Shown: positions 26,499 to 35,938, numbered from the stretch's first letter. The stretch is DNA of 64,000 bases from Verrucomicrobiia bacterium (GCA_035489575.1 DATHJY010000004.1:27483-91482), one strand, 5' to 3'. The notes: generated by a model from the sequence alone, not told the origin. Program-made: numbers and translations.

Positions 26499-26646
26499 CG
26501 CAAAACAAAACCTGTGAATTTAGGGTGATGATCCAAGTGAGCTAGAACTGTTTGGGCCGAGTGAGGCGTATCCATTGATACGGTGAGCGAGGCATGGGCA
26601 GTTCTGGCCGCTTGGGCACAGCCTAAAACGCAGGTTTTGTTTTGTG
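26499..26646 (+). ncRNA. candidate rod-shaped structured RNA (6S-like architecture; unassigned)
   Basis: 18-bp closing helix 26499-26516 / 26629-26646 with two G-U pairs that work only on the + strand. Further helices follow (TTTAGG/CCTAAA, AGAACTG/CAGTTCT), then two ~16-nt unpaired strands around a terminal 6-bp hairpin CGTATC-CATT-GATACG. Confidence 0.3.
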
Positions 26647-26741
26647 GGGGCTATGCGCACCGCATTAGCTCTTTGGAGCGAGGGTCATGTCAGAGTGCTT
26701 ATGCTATGACGTTTGCCAGAGAAGCTATACTCTAAGAGAGT

Positions 26742-26904
26742 GAAGCTACCTTATGTCTCCCCTCCAGCCTCAGCACACTCTGGCGGTGCCCTTCGCCAGT
26801 TTTGCTTGTCAGCGTACCTACGGGTACGCTTCCGCACAAGAACTGACAAATGGCACTCACCAGAGTATTCTTCACTTAACAGAGAGAAGACATAAGGTAG
26901 CTTC
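26742..26904 (+). promoter_or_regulatory. structured 5' leader RNA, copy 2 (upstream of dnaG)
   Basis: Perfect 17-bp closing helix 26742-26758 / 26888-26904, ending 2 nt before the dnaG ATG. Hairpin 26811-26830. Aligns with 8873-9033 throughout. Confidence 0.55.
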
Positions 26905-26905
26905 T

Positions 26906-28648
26906 ATGGACGCTGTCGAAGAGGTTAAAAGCCGGTTGGCTATAGAGGACGTGTTGGGTGAATACATGACCCTCAAGCGCTCGGGTCGTAACTATAAAGG
27001 CCTCAGTCCTTTTACGGCCGAAAAATCCGCTAGCTTCATGGTTAGTCCAGAAAAACAGATCTGGCATGACTTCAGTAGTGGCAAGGGCGGGGACATGATC
27101 AGTTTTGTCATGGAGGTGGAGGGATTGGACTTCAAGGCAACCTTAGAGCTGTTGGCTCGTAAGGCCGGCGTAGACCTGAGCCAGTACCAAACCGGGCGAA
27201 ATGCTGACACGTCCAAACTAAAAGAGCGTCTGTATGAAGCGCACGAGCTGGCTACTAAGTTTTATCAAACGCAGTTCACTCGTAACCAGGGTGCTTTGCG
27301 ATACGTGCTGGAAAAGCGAGCTTTTAGCAAAAAGGTGGTGTTGGCTTTTCGTCTTGGTTATTCGCCCAATAACGGCACGGCGCTCATGGATTTTATGAAA
27401 AAAAAGGGCTTTAGCGAGGACGAACTGCAAAAGGCCGGGCTGGCCACCAAGCGCTACCGCGGCCTGGGCGATATGTTTCGTGGACGGCTGCAGATTCCCC
27501 TCATGGATGCGCAAGGCAGGGTGGTGGGCTTTACGGCTCGCTTGCTCGAGGACATACCGAATGCCCCCAAATACCTGAACACGCCCCAGACAGTACTGTA
27601 TGACAAGGGCCGGCATGTCTATGGACTGCATCTTGCAAAAGAAGGTATCCGCAAGAATGGCTATGTGGTGGTAGCCGAGGGCAACCTGGATGTTATCGCC
27701 AGCCACCAGGCAGATATCACGCAAGTGGTAGCCACGGCCGGTACGGCTCTGACAGAGATGCACCTGAAGGCCCTCAATCGTTTTACGGGCGATATCCGGC
27801 TGGCTTTTGACCAGGACCGTGCGGGGTTGGCTGCCACTGAACGCGCCATTCCCATTGCCAGCAAAGTGGGTGTGACACTGAGTATGATCACCATTCCGGA
27901 AGGCAAAGACCCAGACGAGCTGGTCAAGAAAGACCCTGACGCCTGGCGCAAAGTTATAGAAAATCACCAGTATGCGGTGGACTGGCTTATTGAACGTATC
28001 GGTGGCCAACTTGACCTAGAGAGTGCAGTGGGCAAGCGCCAGTTCAGCGATGTGGTTCTGCGGGTGGTTCGGCAGCTACCAGACCAGGTAGAGCAAGATC
28101 ATTACCTAGGGGTACTGGCCAAGCACATTGGTGCCAGTAAGCAAGCTCTAGAGCGCAAACTACAGGGGGGCGAGGAGCCAAGGACTCGTCTAAAAGCCAT
28201 CAAAGCCGACATAAAAATGGACAAGCAGGCCATTGATCAACTGAAGACCCAAAACCAGCTGCTGTGCCTCACGCTCATGCAGCCCGCTGTCCGTCATTAC
28301 CTGAAGCCGATTACCTACGACATGTTGTCAGACGAGTCGGCTCACCAATTGCTGCGCTTCTTGCAGGACAACCCACAGTTTGCGGGGGATCCCAAAGAGA
28401 GCGAGGCATTGAGAGATATTGCAGATTATGTTAAAATCCTAAGTCTACAGTTCGATGAATTATATCGACAACACGAGCTATTGGAGCTTCGTAACGAAGC
28501 CGCTCGGTTGCAAGAAAAGCTGATAAAACAATACGTTCACGACAAAAAACAGCCTCTGATCGAAGCCATGCGTACCGCAAACGAATCAGAGTCGCAAAAA
28601 CTACTCGAGCAAGCAAAAGAACTCGATAATCTACTTAAAAAGTTATAA
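26906..28648 (+). CDS. dnaG: DNA primase
   Basis: Start set at ATG 26906 ([21 protein letters not shown] is a typical primase N-terminus). Zinc-ribbon region, TOPRIM motif ([10 protein letters not shown]) and a DxD region. The 51 upstream codons in the ORF track are the leader RNA. Confidence 0.93.
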   Translation: MDAVEEVKSRLAIEDVLGEYMTLKRSGRNYKGLSPFTAEKSASFMVSPEKQIWHDFSSGKGGDMISFVMEVEGLDFKATLELLARKAGVDLSQYQTGRNADTSKLKERLYEAHELATKFYQTQFTRNQGALRYVLEKRAFSKKVVLAFRLGYSPNNGTALMDFMKKKGFSEDELQKAGLATKRYRGLGDMFRGRLQIPLMDAQGRVVGFTARLLEDIPNAPKYLNTPQTVLYDKGRHVYGLHLAKEGIRKNGYVVVAEGNLDVIASHQADITQVVATAGTALTEMHLKALNRFTGDIRLAFDQDRAGLAATERAIPIASKVGVTLSMITIPEGKDPDELVKKDPDAWRKVIENHQYAVDWLIERIGGQLDLESAVGKRQFSDVVLRVVRQLPDQVEQDHYLGVLAKHIGASKQALERKLQGGEEPRTRLKAIKADIKMDKQAIDQLKTQNQLLCLTLMQPAVRHYLKPITYDMLSDESAHQLLRFLQDNPQFAGDPKESEALRDIADYVKILSLQFDELYRQHELLELRNEAARLQEKLIKQYVHDKKQPLIEAMRTANESESQKLLEQAKELDNLLKKL

Positions 28649-28662
28649 GAGGCATACTATTT

Positions 28663-29847
28663 ATGGTGAAGAAAAAAGCTACCCCAAAGGTTACTACCAG
28701 AGCTACTGCAAACGCTACAACCAAGGCTGACGCAAAGAAAACGACCCCTGTTGATCCAGAGTTGGTCAAGGCTCAGAAAGAGCTTCTGGCAAAGGCCAAA
28801 AAGGACGGCAAGATAGCTCAGCGAGATATCTTTGCTGCTATTCCAGATACGGCGGCAAATGCCGAAGTTCTAGATGAGTTATACACCGAGTTGGCAGACG
28901 CCAACTTACAGGTGACTGAACCAGGCACGCCAACCGCGGCCCTGACCGATGATTGGGCGCCTGAGGGCGATGAAGAGGAAGAAGTAATACTGAGTGAGCA
29001 AGTGTACCTAGACGACATTGCCGATGACTCAGTACGTTTGTACCTGCGTGAAATTGGTAAAATTCCACTGCTGAACGCCGAAGAAGAACTAGCCCTGGCC
29101 CAAAAAGTAGTCGCTGGTGACAAGCGCGCCAAGGACAAGATGGCTGAGGCCAACATGCGCCTGGTTGTGTCTATTGCCAAGCGCTATGTGGGCCGCGGTC
29201 TAGACTTGTTGGACCTGATCCAAGAAGGCAACACTGGCCTGCTACGTGCGGTTGAAAAGTTTGACCCAGATAAAGGGTTCAAATTCAGTACCTACGCCAC
29301 CTGGTGGATTCGCCAGGCTATTACCCGTGCTATTGCCGACCAAGCCCGTACTATTCGTATCCCCGTGCACATGGTAGAGACCATCAACAAATTGTTGCGT
29401 ACCCAGCGTCGCCTGACCCAAGAATACAACCGCGAGCCTACCAACGAAGAGATCGCCAAGGCTATGGAAATCGACGTGGACAAGGTAGAGCACATCATGA
29501 AGATCAAGCAAGATATATCTAGTCTGGACGCCAGTGTGCGTGACGATGAAGAAGACTCGGTACTGGCAGACTTTATCGAAGACGAAGACACCATCAGTCC
29601 CGAAGAATCAGCTACCAACCAGTTGCTGAAAGAACACGTCAAAGACATGTTGGGCAGTCTTACTGAACGTGAACAAAAGATCTTGAAGCTGCGCTTTGGT
29701 CTAGAGGATGGCAAGAGCCATACCCTAGAAGAAGTTGGCCAAGAATTCAGCGTCACCCGTGAACGCATCCGCCAGATAGAAGCCAAGGCTCTGGCCAAAC
29801 TGCGTAAGCACAAAGACAGCAAAAAACTCCACGACTACATTAAGTAG
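28663..29847 (+). CDS. rpoD: RNA polymerase sigma factor, primary (sigma-70)
   Basis: Regions 1.2-4 are recognisable: [37 protein letters not shown], and region 4.2 [21 protein letters not shown]. Confidence 0.95.
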   Translation: MVKKKATPKVTTRATANATTKADAKKTTPVDPELVKAQKELLAKAKKDGKIAQRDIFAAIPDTAANAEVLDELYTELADANLQVTEPGTPTAALTDDWAPEGDEEEEVILSEQVYLDDIADDSVRLYLREIGKIPLLNAEEELALAQKVVAGDKRAKDKMAEANMRLVVSIAKRYVGRGLDLLDLIQEGNTGLLRAVEKFDPDKGFKFSTYATWWIRQAITRAIADQARTIRIPVHMVETINKLLRTQRRLTQEYNREPTNEEIAKAMEIDVDKVEHIMKIKQDISSLDASVRDDEEDSVLADFIEDEDTISPEESATNQLLKEHVKDMLGSLTEREQKILKLRFGLEDGKSHTLEEVGQEFSVTRERIRQIEAKALAKLRKHKDSKKLHDYIK

Positions 29848-29894
29848 ACTGCGCTACGCGGTCCTCATTGCAAGGCTCTGGCAGGCAAAGCATT

Positions 29895-30047
29895 CTAGTG
29901 AAGTGACAGAGTAGTTACGAGCTTTGTCCGTCCGTCCTTGTGGTACACGTCGAGGTGTCCGAGGAAGGTGAGCGGCTTCACATCCAGCTGCTCTGGCAGG
30001 ACCACGGTGACTCCCGTAGGGGTTCCGTGCGCAGCTAGGGTAGGCAC
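29895..30047 (-). CDS. possible 50-aa small protein on a GC-rich patch
   Basis: Below the ORF-track cut-off. GTG at 30047 with GGAGGAG 11 nt upstream and an AT-rich TTGTAT-17-ATATAA promoter-like sequence. Translation VPTLAAHGTPTGVTVVLPEQLDVKPLTFLGHLDVYHKDGRTKLVTTLSLH. It could equally be a gene remnant. Confidence 0.25.
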   Translation of the reverse strand: MPTLAAHGTPTGVTVVLPEQLDVKPLTFLGHLDVYHKDGRTKLVTTLSLH

Positions 30048-30150
30048 GTCTTTTTTTGCTCCTCCGTTGTCTGGGAACTATTCTGGCAACGCAAGTCTAC
30101 TTGCTTATATATAATAATTTTATAAAAATACAAGAATACCTAAATGTCAC

Positions 30151-30765
30151 TCAGGAGGTTTCAGCTGCCTGACCATCGGACCGGTCGGGGTGACCCACGC
30201 TCTTTCCGGGCTGAAACTTTACTAAGCCAAAAAGGGTGACGTAGAGTATCAGAATATACAACGAAAAGCCTGATGCTTCCAAACTCCAGGTGCTTAGCGT
30301 CAGCAGGGTGATGGCGGCGCTGATGGCGAAGAGCATAAACAAAAAAGGACTCTCCGAACGGGGGTCTTTATAGGCTTTGATCAGGGTAGGGGTGGCAGCC
30401 AGGCCGTCGGCCGTGATGCTCAGGGCTACCGCCACCGCACCGCTACCAGTAAGCTGCCATAAAATAAGTGCCGCAACCGAGGCGCCACCACATATCAGGT
30501 CAAACCGTGAAGGCCTGAACTGGCCCTTTTTTAGCCCGGCGATAAAAACGGCCAGGGGGCACAAGCCTACCATCAGGGTCAAGAAAGCGGCCGGTCCCAC
30601 GCCAGCTTCTAGCTGGGCGGCGAAGGCTATCATGGGCGCCACGGACCACAAGAACCATGTCACCAGGTTGGGTCTGGTGTCGCTCTGGTACATATCTTTG
30701 ATGTAGGCGTAAGCGCCCCACACAATCAACAGCACAGCCAGGTACATAAACCGTTCGTCAATCAT
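30151..30765 (-). CDS. polytopic membrane protein, unknown function
   Basis: 204 aa with about six hydrophobic segments. No family recognised. Confidence 0.55.
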   Translation of the reverse strand: MIDERFMYLAVLLIVWGAYAYIKDMYQSDTRPNLVTWFLWSVAPMIAFAAQLEAGVGPAAFLTLMVGLCPLAVFIAGLKKGQFRPSRFDLICGGASVAALILWQLTGSGAVAVALSITADGLAATPTLIKAYKDPRSESPFLFMLFAISAAITLLTLSTWSLEASGFSLYILILYVTLFGLVKFQPGKSVGHPDRSDGQAAETS

Positions 30766-30772
30766 ATGGTAT

Positions 30773-31327
30773 CTATAATTGCGCCAGAATTTGGTCGAGT
30801 TTATCAGTCAGTATTTTTTGGGTACTGTCGTTTACCAGGGTGTAGTCGGCGTTGGCAATGGGGCCGCCTTTTTCGATGTTTTCTATCTCTGCGTATTCGC
30901 GTGAGGTGACTTGTTCGTCGGTCAGGGGCCGTTCGGATCGGCTAGCCAGCCGGTCGTGGCGCAGTTTGCGGGGAGCAACTACCGCAATAGTAATGGCGTT
31001 TTCGCCGAAGTGTTCCTTGAAAATCTTGTATTCGGTCCAGCTGTACAGACCGTCGGCTACCACTTTGTCGTGGCCTTCGGTAAAAAACTGCTCTATCTGG
31101 GGAATAATACGCTTGGCGTAGGCACCTTTGCCTTCGGTAGCACGTATTTCTTCACGGACGTTGCGTTCGTTTGCTTCGGTGACTTCCAGGCCTCGGCGAA
31201 TAACTTCGTCGATGGTGATACCACCAAAATACACACTGGGGACATCCTGCGACTCTAGGTGATCAACAAGCATACTCTTGCCAGCGCCCGGCATGCCCAC
31301 CAAAACAATAACTTTTTTATCCTGCAT
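30773..31327 (-). CDS. P-loop nucleotide/nucleoside kinase-like protein (dephospho-CoA kinase / UPF0200-like)
   Basis: Start at ATG 31327 (MQDKKVIVLVGMPGAGKS, Walker A). Overall layout resembles small archaeal-type kinases. The N-terminal extension in the ORF track overlaps the divergent gene. Confidence 0.6.
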   Translation of the reverse strand: MQDKKVIVLVGMPGAGKSMLVDHLESQDVPSVYFGGITIDEVIRRGLEVTEANERNVREEIRATEGKGAYAKRIIPQIEQFFTEGHDKVVADGLYSWTEYKIFKEHFGENAITIAVVAPRKLRHDRLASRSERPLTDEQVTSREYAEIENIEKGGPIANADYTLVNDSTQKILTDKLDQILAQL

Positions 31328-31355
31328 AGGGGGTATTATACTTAAAGTAAATATT

Positions 31356-32462
31356 ATGAGCACTAAAAATACCGCTAAAAGTGATAAAAAGGTCTTTGCC
31401 ACAAAGCTGAGCGCCTACAAAAAATTGCTAGATGCTGATATTGCGGCTTATACCAAGACCGTAGAAAAGAGTACGCTGCAGCAGTACGGTAGCCAGGCCC
31501 GGCTGGCAACAGATGCCTATCTTAGCCTGCTGGGCCGCGGTGGCAAGCGTATTCGCGGGGCATTGACTATGGTGGGCTACGAAATGAGTGGCGGCCGCGA
31601 TCAGAAAATGATCGTGCAGGCTGCTCGGGCTATCGAAATGATGCATGCCTACATACTGATCATCGATGACATTCAAGACCGCAGCCTGACCCGTCGCGGT
31701 GGCCCGACTGCCCATATGCAACTGGCTGATTATCATCGCAAACACCAGCTGGCAGACGACCCTGATCACTTTGGTATTTCGTTAGCACTCAACAGCGCGC
31801 TGTTGGCAGGGCACATGGCCAACACTATTCTGGCCAACCTACCGGGTGCCACAGAGAACGCGCGGCTAAAAGCAGTCAGTATCATGAATGACACCATGGC
31901 CACTACGGCTCATGGGCAGACAAACGACATCATGAACGAGGTGGTTGATACGGTTGATCTGCAGCAGGTAGACGATGTCCTAAAGTGGAAAACGGCACAT
32001 TATACTTTCTTAAACCCTTTGTACATTGGTATGGTGCTGGCCGGAGCTGGTGACGACGCTACAGACGCTATCACCGACTATGCCATGAGCGCTGGCCGCG
32101 CCTTTCAGATCACAGACGATATACTTGGTGTATTTGGGACTGAGTTCGATAGTGGCAAGAGTCCGCTGGATGATATACGAGAAGGCAAGCGGACAGTTCT
32201 GACTGTCTATGCCCTAGAGCACACCCAAAACGCCAACAAGAATTTTTTGATACACATGCTGGGTAACCAAAAACTGACACCGGCAGAATTTAGACGCTGC
32301 AAAGACATATTGGTAGACTGTGGCGCCCTGGTCTATGCAAAAGAAGTGGCAGCCGACCATGTTCAGGCGGCGCTGGTAGCCCTAGATGCTGTCCGGGGTA
32401 GTGCAGAGGGCAAGCGGTTTTTGCGGGGATTGGCAGAATACCTACTGGTTCGAACATCGTGA
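31356..32462 (+). CDS. polyprenyl (geranylgeranyl-type) diphosphate synthase
   Basis: First and second aspartate-rich motifs read directly: ILIIDDIQDRSLTRRG and FQITDDILG. Confidence 0.85.
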   Translation: MSTKNTAKSDKKVFATKLSAYKKLLDADIAAYTKTVEKSTLQQYGSQARLATDAYLSLLGRGGKRIRGALTMVGYEMSGGRDQKMIVQAARAIEMMHAYILIIDDIQDRSLTRRGGPTAHMQLADYHRKHQLADDPDHFGISLALNSALLAGHMANTILANLPGATENARLKAVSIMNDTMATTAHGQTNDIMNEVVDTVDLQQVDDVLKWKTAHYTFLNPLYIGMVLAGAGDDATDAITDYAMSAGRAFQITDDILGVFGTEFDSGKSPLDDIREGKRTVLTVYALEHTQNANKNFLIHMLGNQKLTPAEFRRCKDILVDCGALVYAKEVAADHVQAALVALDAVRGSAEGKRFLRGLAEYLLVRTS

Positions 32463-33217
32463 AAGCCCCAACAGCTCAACTGGCTATAGATATCCTGAAG
32501 CCACTCGTAGCGGAATTGGGTCCAGCCCAGGCTGCCTTTTGGGTAACTCCTACTATGGTGCTGACTCTGTCTGGAGCCCGGGGCATTGCCGACGGCGTGT
32601 TCTATACCAACGATGTCACTCTGCAGGCCAAGTGGCAGCAAGAACTGCGCGCGGCACTGAAAATTTTCGACAAGACACGGCCAGAACCGATGATAGTTGT
32701 GGGTTCGCACACTAACCCCATGGGCCGAGTCTATGTATCTTACGACGTCTTGTTTGTGCCGGGGCTAGAGTATGCTCTGCACCAGACAAAGCTACTAAGC
32801 GATGCCGACAAGATAAAACTACTGCACGGACCCATAGACAATGAGTCGCTGGGGGTAATGACCAAGCTCCTCAAACATCACCCTGACACCAAAGAGTTTG
32901 ACGAAGAGTTTCTGGGGCATGTGGCCACGGGCATTTTGCTGGGTTATCCAGACCAAGCAATCGTGGGCGCCCTAAAGGCCCGTTTGCAGGGAGCTAGCTT
33001 TGTTCCGTTTGCCCACATCAAATATGCCGATTTTTACCACTGCCCTCAGCCGATATATGAGCGCCCGGACGACTTAAAGAATAACGTCAGTATCAAAAAG
33101 CACGAACAAGACTGGTCGAAGCTGCTCAAAGATTTTTATACGTCTGACTTTCATAAAGACCTGGCCAAAGACCCGGCATTTATGGAAAAAGCCAAGCAGA
33201 TCGGGCTCACTACATGA
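32459..33217 (+). CDS. hypothetical protein, translationally coupled between two isoprenoid enzymes
   Basis: GTGA start/stop overlap with the prenyl synthase. 252 aa; no family recognised. Confidence 0.5.
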   Translation: MKAPTAQLAIDILKPLVAELGPAQAAFWVTPTMVLTLSGARGIADGVFYTNDVTLQAKWQQELRAALKIFDKTRPEPMIVVGSHTNPMGRVYVSYDVLFVPGLEYALHQTKLLSDADKIKLLHGPIDNESLGVMTKLLKHHPDTKEFDEEFLGHVATGILLGYPDQAIVGALKARLQGASFVPFAHIKYADFYHCPQPIYERPDDLKNNVSIKKHEQDWSKLLKDFYTSDFHKDLAKDPAFMEKAKQIGLTT

Positions 33218-33235
33218 AAGAAAAAGGGGTGGGAA

Positions 33236-34087
33236 GTGAGTTCTAAGTCGCTCGAGCAAACTATTTTTGAGCGGGGCAGTACAACGTATTACTTTAGTTC
33301 TAAGCTGTTTCCCAAACAGGTGCGAGAAGATGTGTTTCGGTTATATAGTTTTGTGCGAATAGCAGACGACTACGTCGACGCTGCTCCGCAAAAGACGGCC
33401 GAATTTACCGCCCTGTGCCGGGCGTGGGATCTTGCTAAGATAGACAACAAGTTTGATACCAAGAGGCTGTCCACGGACAGCCTTGATGAACGGGTTATAA
33501 AAAACATGATCTATCTGGTGCGAGAATACGAGATAGACCCGGCGTTGGTAGAAGCGTTTTTGGCATCTATGCTGGCTGACATAGACAAGAAGACTTTTAA
33601 GACGCTCGATGAATCTTTGGGCTATGTCTATGGTTCGGCCGAAGTGATTGGCCTGATGATGAGCAAAGTTTTGGGCCTGCCAGAAGAAGCGCTGCCCTAT
33701 GCCCGTTTACAGGGAAGGGCCATGCAGTGGATCAACTTTTTGCGTGACATAGAAGAGGACAATGCTCTGGGGCGCCACTATTTTCCCGCCGATGATCTGG
33801 CATTGTATCATCTGCCAAACCTCAATCACGAAACTGCCCTAGGCAACCATCAATTATTCATCGATTTTGTGCGCATGCAGCTGGCCCATTATCAGGACTG
33901 GCAAGCCCAGGCAGCAGAAGGCTACAAATATATTCCCAAACGTATCCTGGTGCCTATAAAAACCGCGGCCGAGCTGTACGCCTGGACTGCTCGGCAGATT
34001 CAGCAGAATCCGCTCAAGGTCTATGACCAAAAGATAAAACCAACCAAGCGGCACTTACTCACGGCAGCCGCCAAATCGGCAAAATAG
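33236..34087 (+). CDS. phytoene/squalene synthase family protein
   Basis: YSFVRIADDYVD and NFLRDIEEDNALGRHYFP are the two conserved Asp-rich regions of the CrtB/CrtM/HpnD family. Confidence 0.85.
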   Translation: MSSKSLEQTIFERGSTTYYFSSKLFPKQVREDVFRLYSFVRIADDYVDAAPQKTAEFTALCRAWDLAKIDNKFDTKRLSTDSLDERVIKNMIYLVREYEIDPALVEAFLASMLADIDKKTFKTLDESLGYVYGSAEVIGLMMSKVLGLPEEALPYARLQGRAMQWINFLRDIEEDNALGRHYFPADDLALYHLPNLNHETALGNHQLFIDFVRMQLAHYQDWQAQAAEGYKYIPKRILVPIKTAAELYAWTARQIQQNPLKVYDQKIKPTKRHLLTAAAKSAK

Positions 34088-34271
34088 TTAACAAAGTATT
34101 AAAAACTACTTTAAATTGCACCCTTAACTATTCAATGCATGAAATATCTTGTTGCAACGGGTGGCTATTTGCGCTTATGCTTTAACTACGCACACTAAAA
34201 TTACGAGCCGTGTTTGAGAGCCGGCTGGTGACATACAGTGTGAGACTAAACTAAATGTGGGGAGGGTGAGT

Positions 34272-34865
34272 ATGAAACTACTCAAACTAAATCCAGTGGT
34301 GCGAGCCATTGGTGTTATGGGCGCAGTGGCCGTTTTGGTCGGCGGCGTAACGTTTGCAGCACTAGCGGACGCAGCAACACTAACAGGTAATACAATCGCA
34401 ACAGAGTCGGCAAATGCCGATCTTTTGTTATATGACGGCGATAGCTTTGAGCCAACGGCTCCTGGTTTTGACTTGGCAGAGCTGAAGCCGGGTGAAGAAT
34501 CTGACAAGTTCAATTTTTACTTCAAGAACAATGGCAACGTAGATCTTGATGTAACTGCTCGTATCAATGTACTGCCAGTGTTGACTGGCCTAGACGCAGA
34601 CCAGGTGACCCTAAAGTTCTACGGCGCATGCCCAGACGTTCTGACGGTTACATTGGGACAACTAAGCGATGGCACACCAGACGCGCTGCCATGTGGTCCA
34701 CTGGTCGAAGGCGCACAAGGTGTGGGTGGCGAAGATGCTACCAATGCGGCCAACTACCAGGTGACCGTGACGGTAGACGAGGCTGTTGAGCTAGATGAAG
34801 CACCTAAAACCGTTGGTGAGTTTGACCTAACTTTTGACGGAACTGCAGTTACCGAAGAGCTGTAG
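34272..34865 (+). CDS. secreted TasA/camelysin-like protein with SipW-cognate-type signal peptide
   Basis: ATG at 34272 after GGAGGGTGA. The signal region ends ...GGVTFAALADAATLTGNTIATES, resembling the ..TFA.F.D....GNTF.AG.. motif of SipW substrates. A SipW-type peptidase is encoded immediately downstream. Confidence 0.55.
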   Translation: MKLLKLNPVVRAIGVMGAVAVLVGGVTFAALADAATLTGNTIATESANADLLLYDGDSFEPTAPGFDLAELKPGEESDKFNFYFKNNGNVDLDVTARINVLPVLTGLDADQVTLKFYGACPDVLTVTLGQLSDGTPDALPCGPLVEGAQGVGGEDATNAANYQVTVTVDEAVELDEAPKTVGEFDLTFDGTAVTEEL

Positions 34866-34878
34866 GCTGAGGTAAATC

Positions 34879-35907
34879 ATGGGCAAGCTCACAAAAGTCG
34901 CCAAGATTGGCCTTTGCTCCCTGGCAGCACTGTTTGGACTGGTGCTGCTGGGGTTGAGCTTGCCGCTAAGAGGCGGACAGGCGCTGTCCATTCAAACTGG
35001 CAGCATGGAGCCGAGGCTCTCGCCCGGTGATGCGGTGTTTGTGAAACGTGTTCCTGTATCTGCGTTGCAGGTCGGGGATATTGTCACATACATTAGTCCG
35101 GCTCATCCCGAACAAACCACTACACACCGCATAGTTGATATAGCCGGTCCGGTCGGTCGGCCCACCTATCTAACTTTGAAGGGTGATGCTAACCGGACGG
35201 CAGATGCCCCCGTGTCACCCTACGCGGTTGTGGGCAAGCAGGTGGCGTCTGTGCCGTACCTGGGAAGGGTATTGGACTTTCTGCGCTCGTGGGCTGGCAT
35301 AACGTTGTTTGTGTATATGCCGGCGCTGGCGGTTGTTTTGGTAGAGGTGCGAAAATTGGTGGCCTACTACCGCAGTATGGAGCCCTATGTTTTGCCAGAA
35401 ATTCTAGCCCGGCGCAAAAAGAAGTCGACGCATCTTGTTCGTAATGCGCTGGCGGTTATGATGATGGTTGTCATTGGCAGTGTGACCGTGGCGCTACCAG
35501 TAACAGCGGCCCTAAAAGCCACAGCCACCATGACAGGCAATACTATCGCGACGGCCACACTTCCACCGCCACCCTCGGCGGTAGGCGGTCTAGCCCTGCG
35601 ACGGGTGTTTGTGGCCTGTACCTCAGAAGATCGCACAAAGGCAGACCATCTGAATATTATTCTGTATAACGCCGGCAAGACAGACTTGAATATAACAGGG
35701 TGGTACTTGCAGTCTGGAGCTACCAAGTTTTATACCTTTGCGGCAACTACCGTGTCTCATCGATCAACATTTGATTTTGCTACCCCTGTACCGCCAGGTG
35801 TCAGTTACGATAGCGGCTCGGTCAAGCTGTACAACGCTGCTGGCCAGCTGGTGGACACATCGTCGTGGAGTCACAACCCCACTGGTCGTCCTTGCCGCAT
35901 ATTGTAA
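34879..35907 (+). CDS. signal peptidase I (SipW/archaeal S26B type) fused to a second signal-peptide-like segment and a lamin-tail-like (LTD) domain
   Basis: Residues 1-165 carry GSMEP (Ser), THRI (His) and KGDAN. Residues ~167-225 read like a complete preprotein N-terminus (MEPYVLPEILARRKKKSTHLVRNALAVMMMVVIGSVTVALPVTAALKATATMTGNTIAT). The C-terminus has LTD-like NIILYNAGKTDLNITGWYL ... VKLYNAAGQLVD. Confidence 0.7.
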   Translation: MGKLTKVAKIGLCSLAALFGLVLLGLSLPLRGGQALSIQTGSMEPRLSPGDAVFVKRVPVSALQVGDIVTYISPAHPEQTTTHRIVDIAGPVGRPTYLTLKGDANRTADAPVSPYAVVGKQVASVPYLGRVLDFLRSWAGITLFVYMPALAVVLVEVRKLVAYYRSMEPYVLPEILARRKKKSTHLVRNALAVMMMVVIGSVTVALPVTAALKATATMTGNTIATATLPPPPSAVGGLALRRVFVACTSEDRTKADHLNIILYNAGKTDLNITGWYLQSGATKFYTFAATTVSHRSTFDFATPVPPGVSYDSGSVKLYNAAGQLVDTSSWSHNPTGRPCRIL

Positions 35908-35938
35908 AAAATTACAAAAGTGGCATAATCTATTGATC

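Noticed and set aside
27218-28009. 263-aa ORF antisense to dnaG, and the 29292-29822 ORF antisense to rpoD
   Set aside because: Both lie inside strongly supported genes. They have no RBS or motifs and show shadow-ORF composition.
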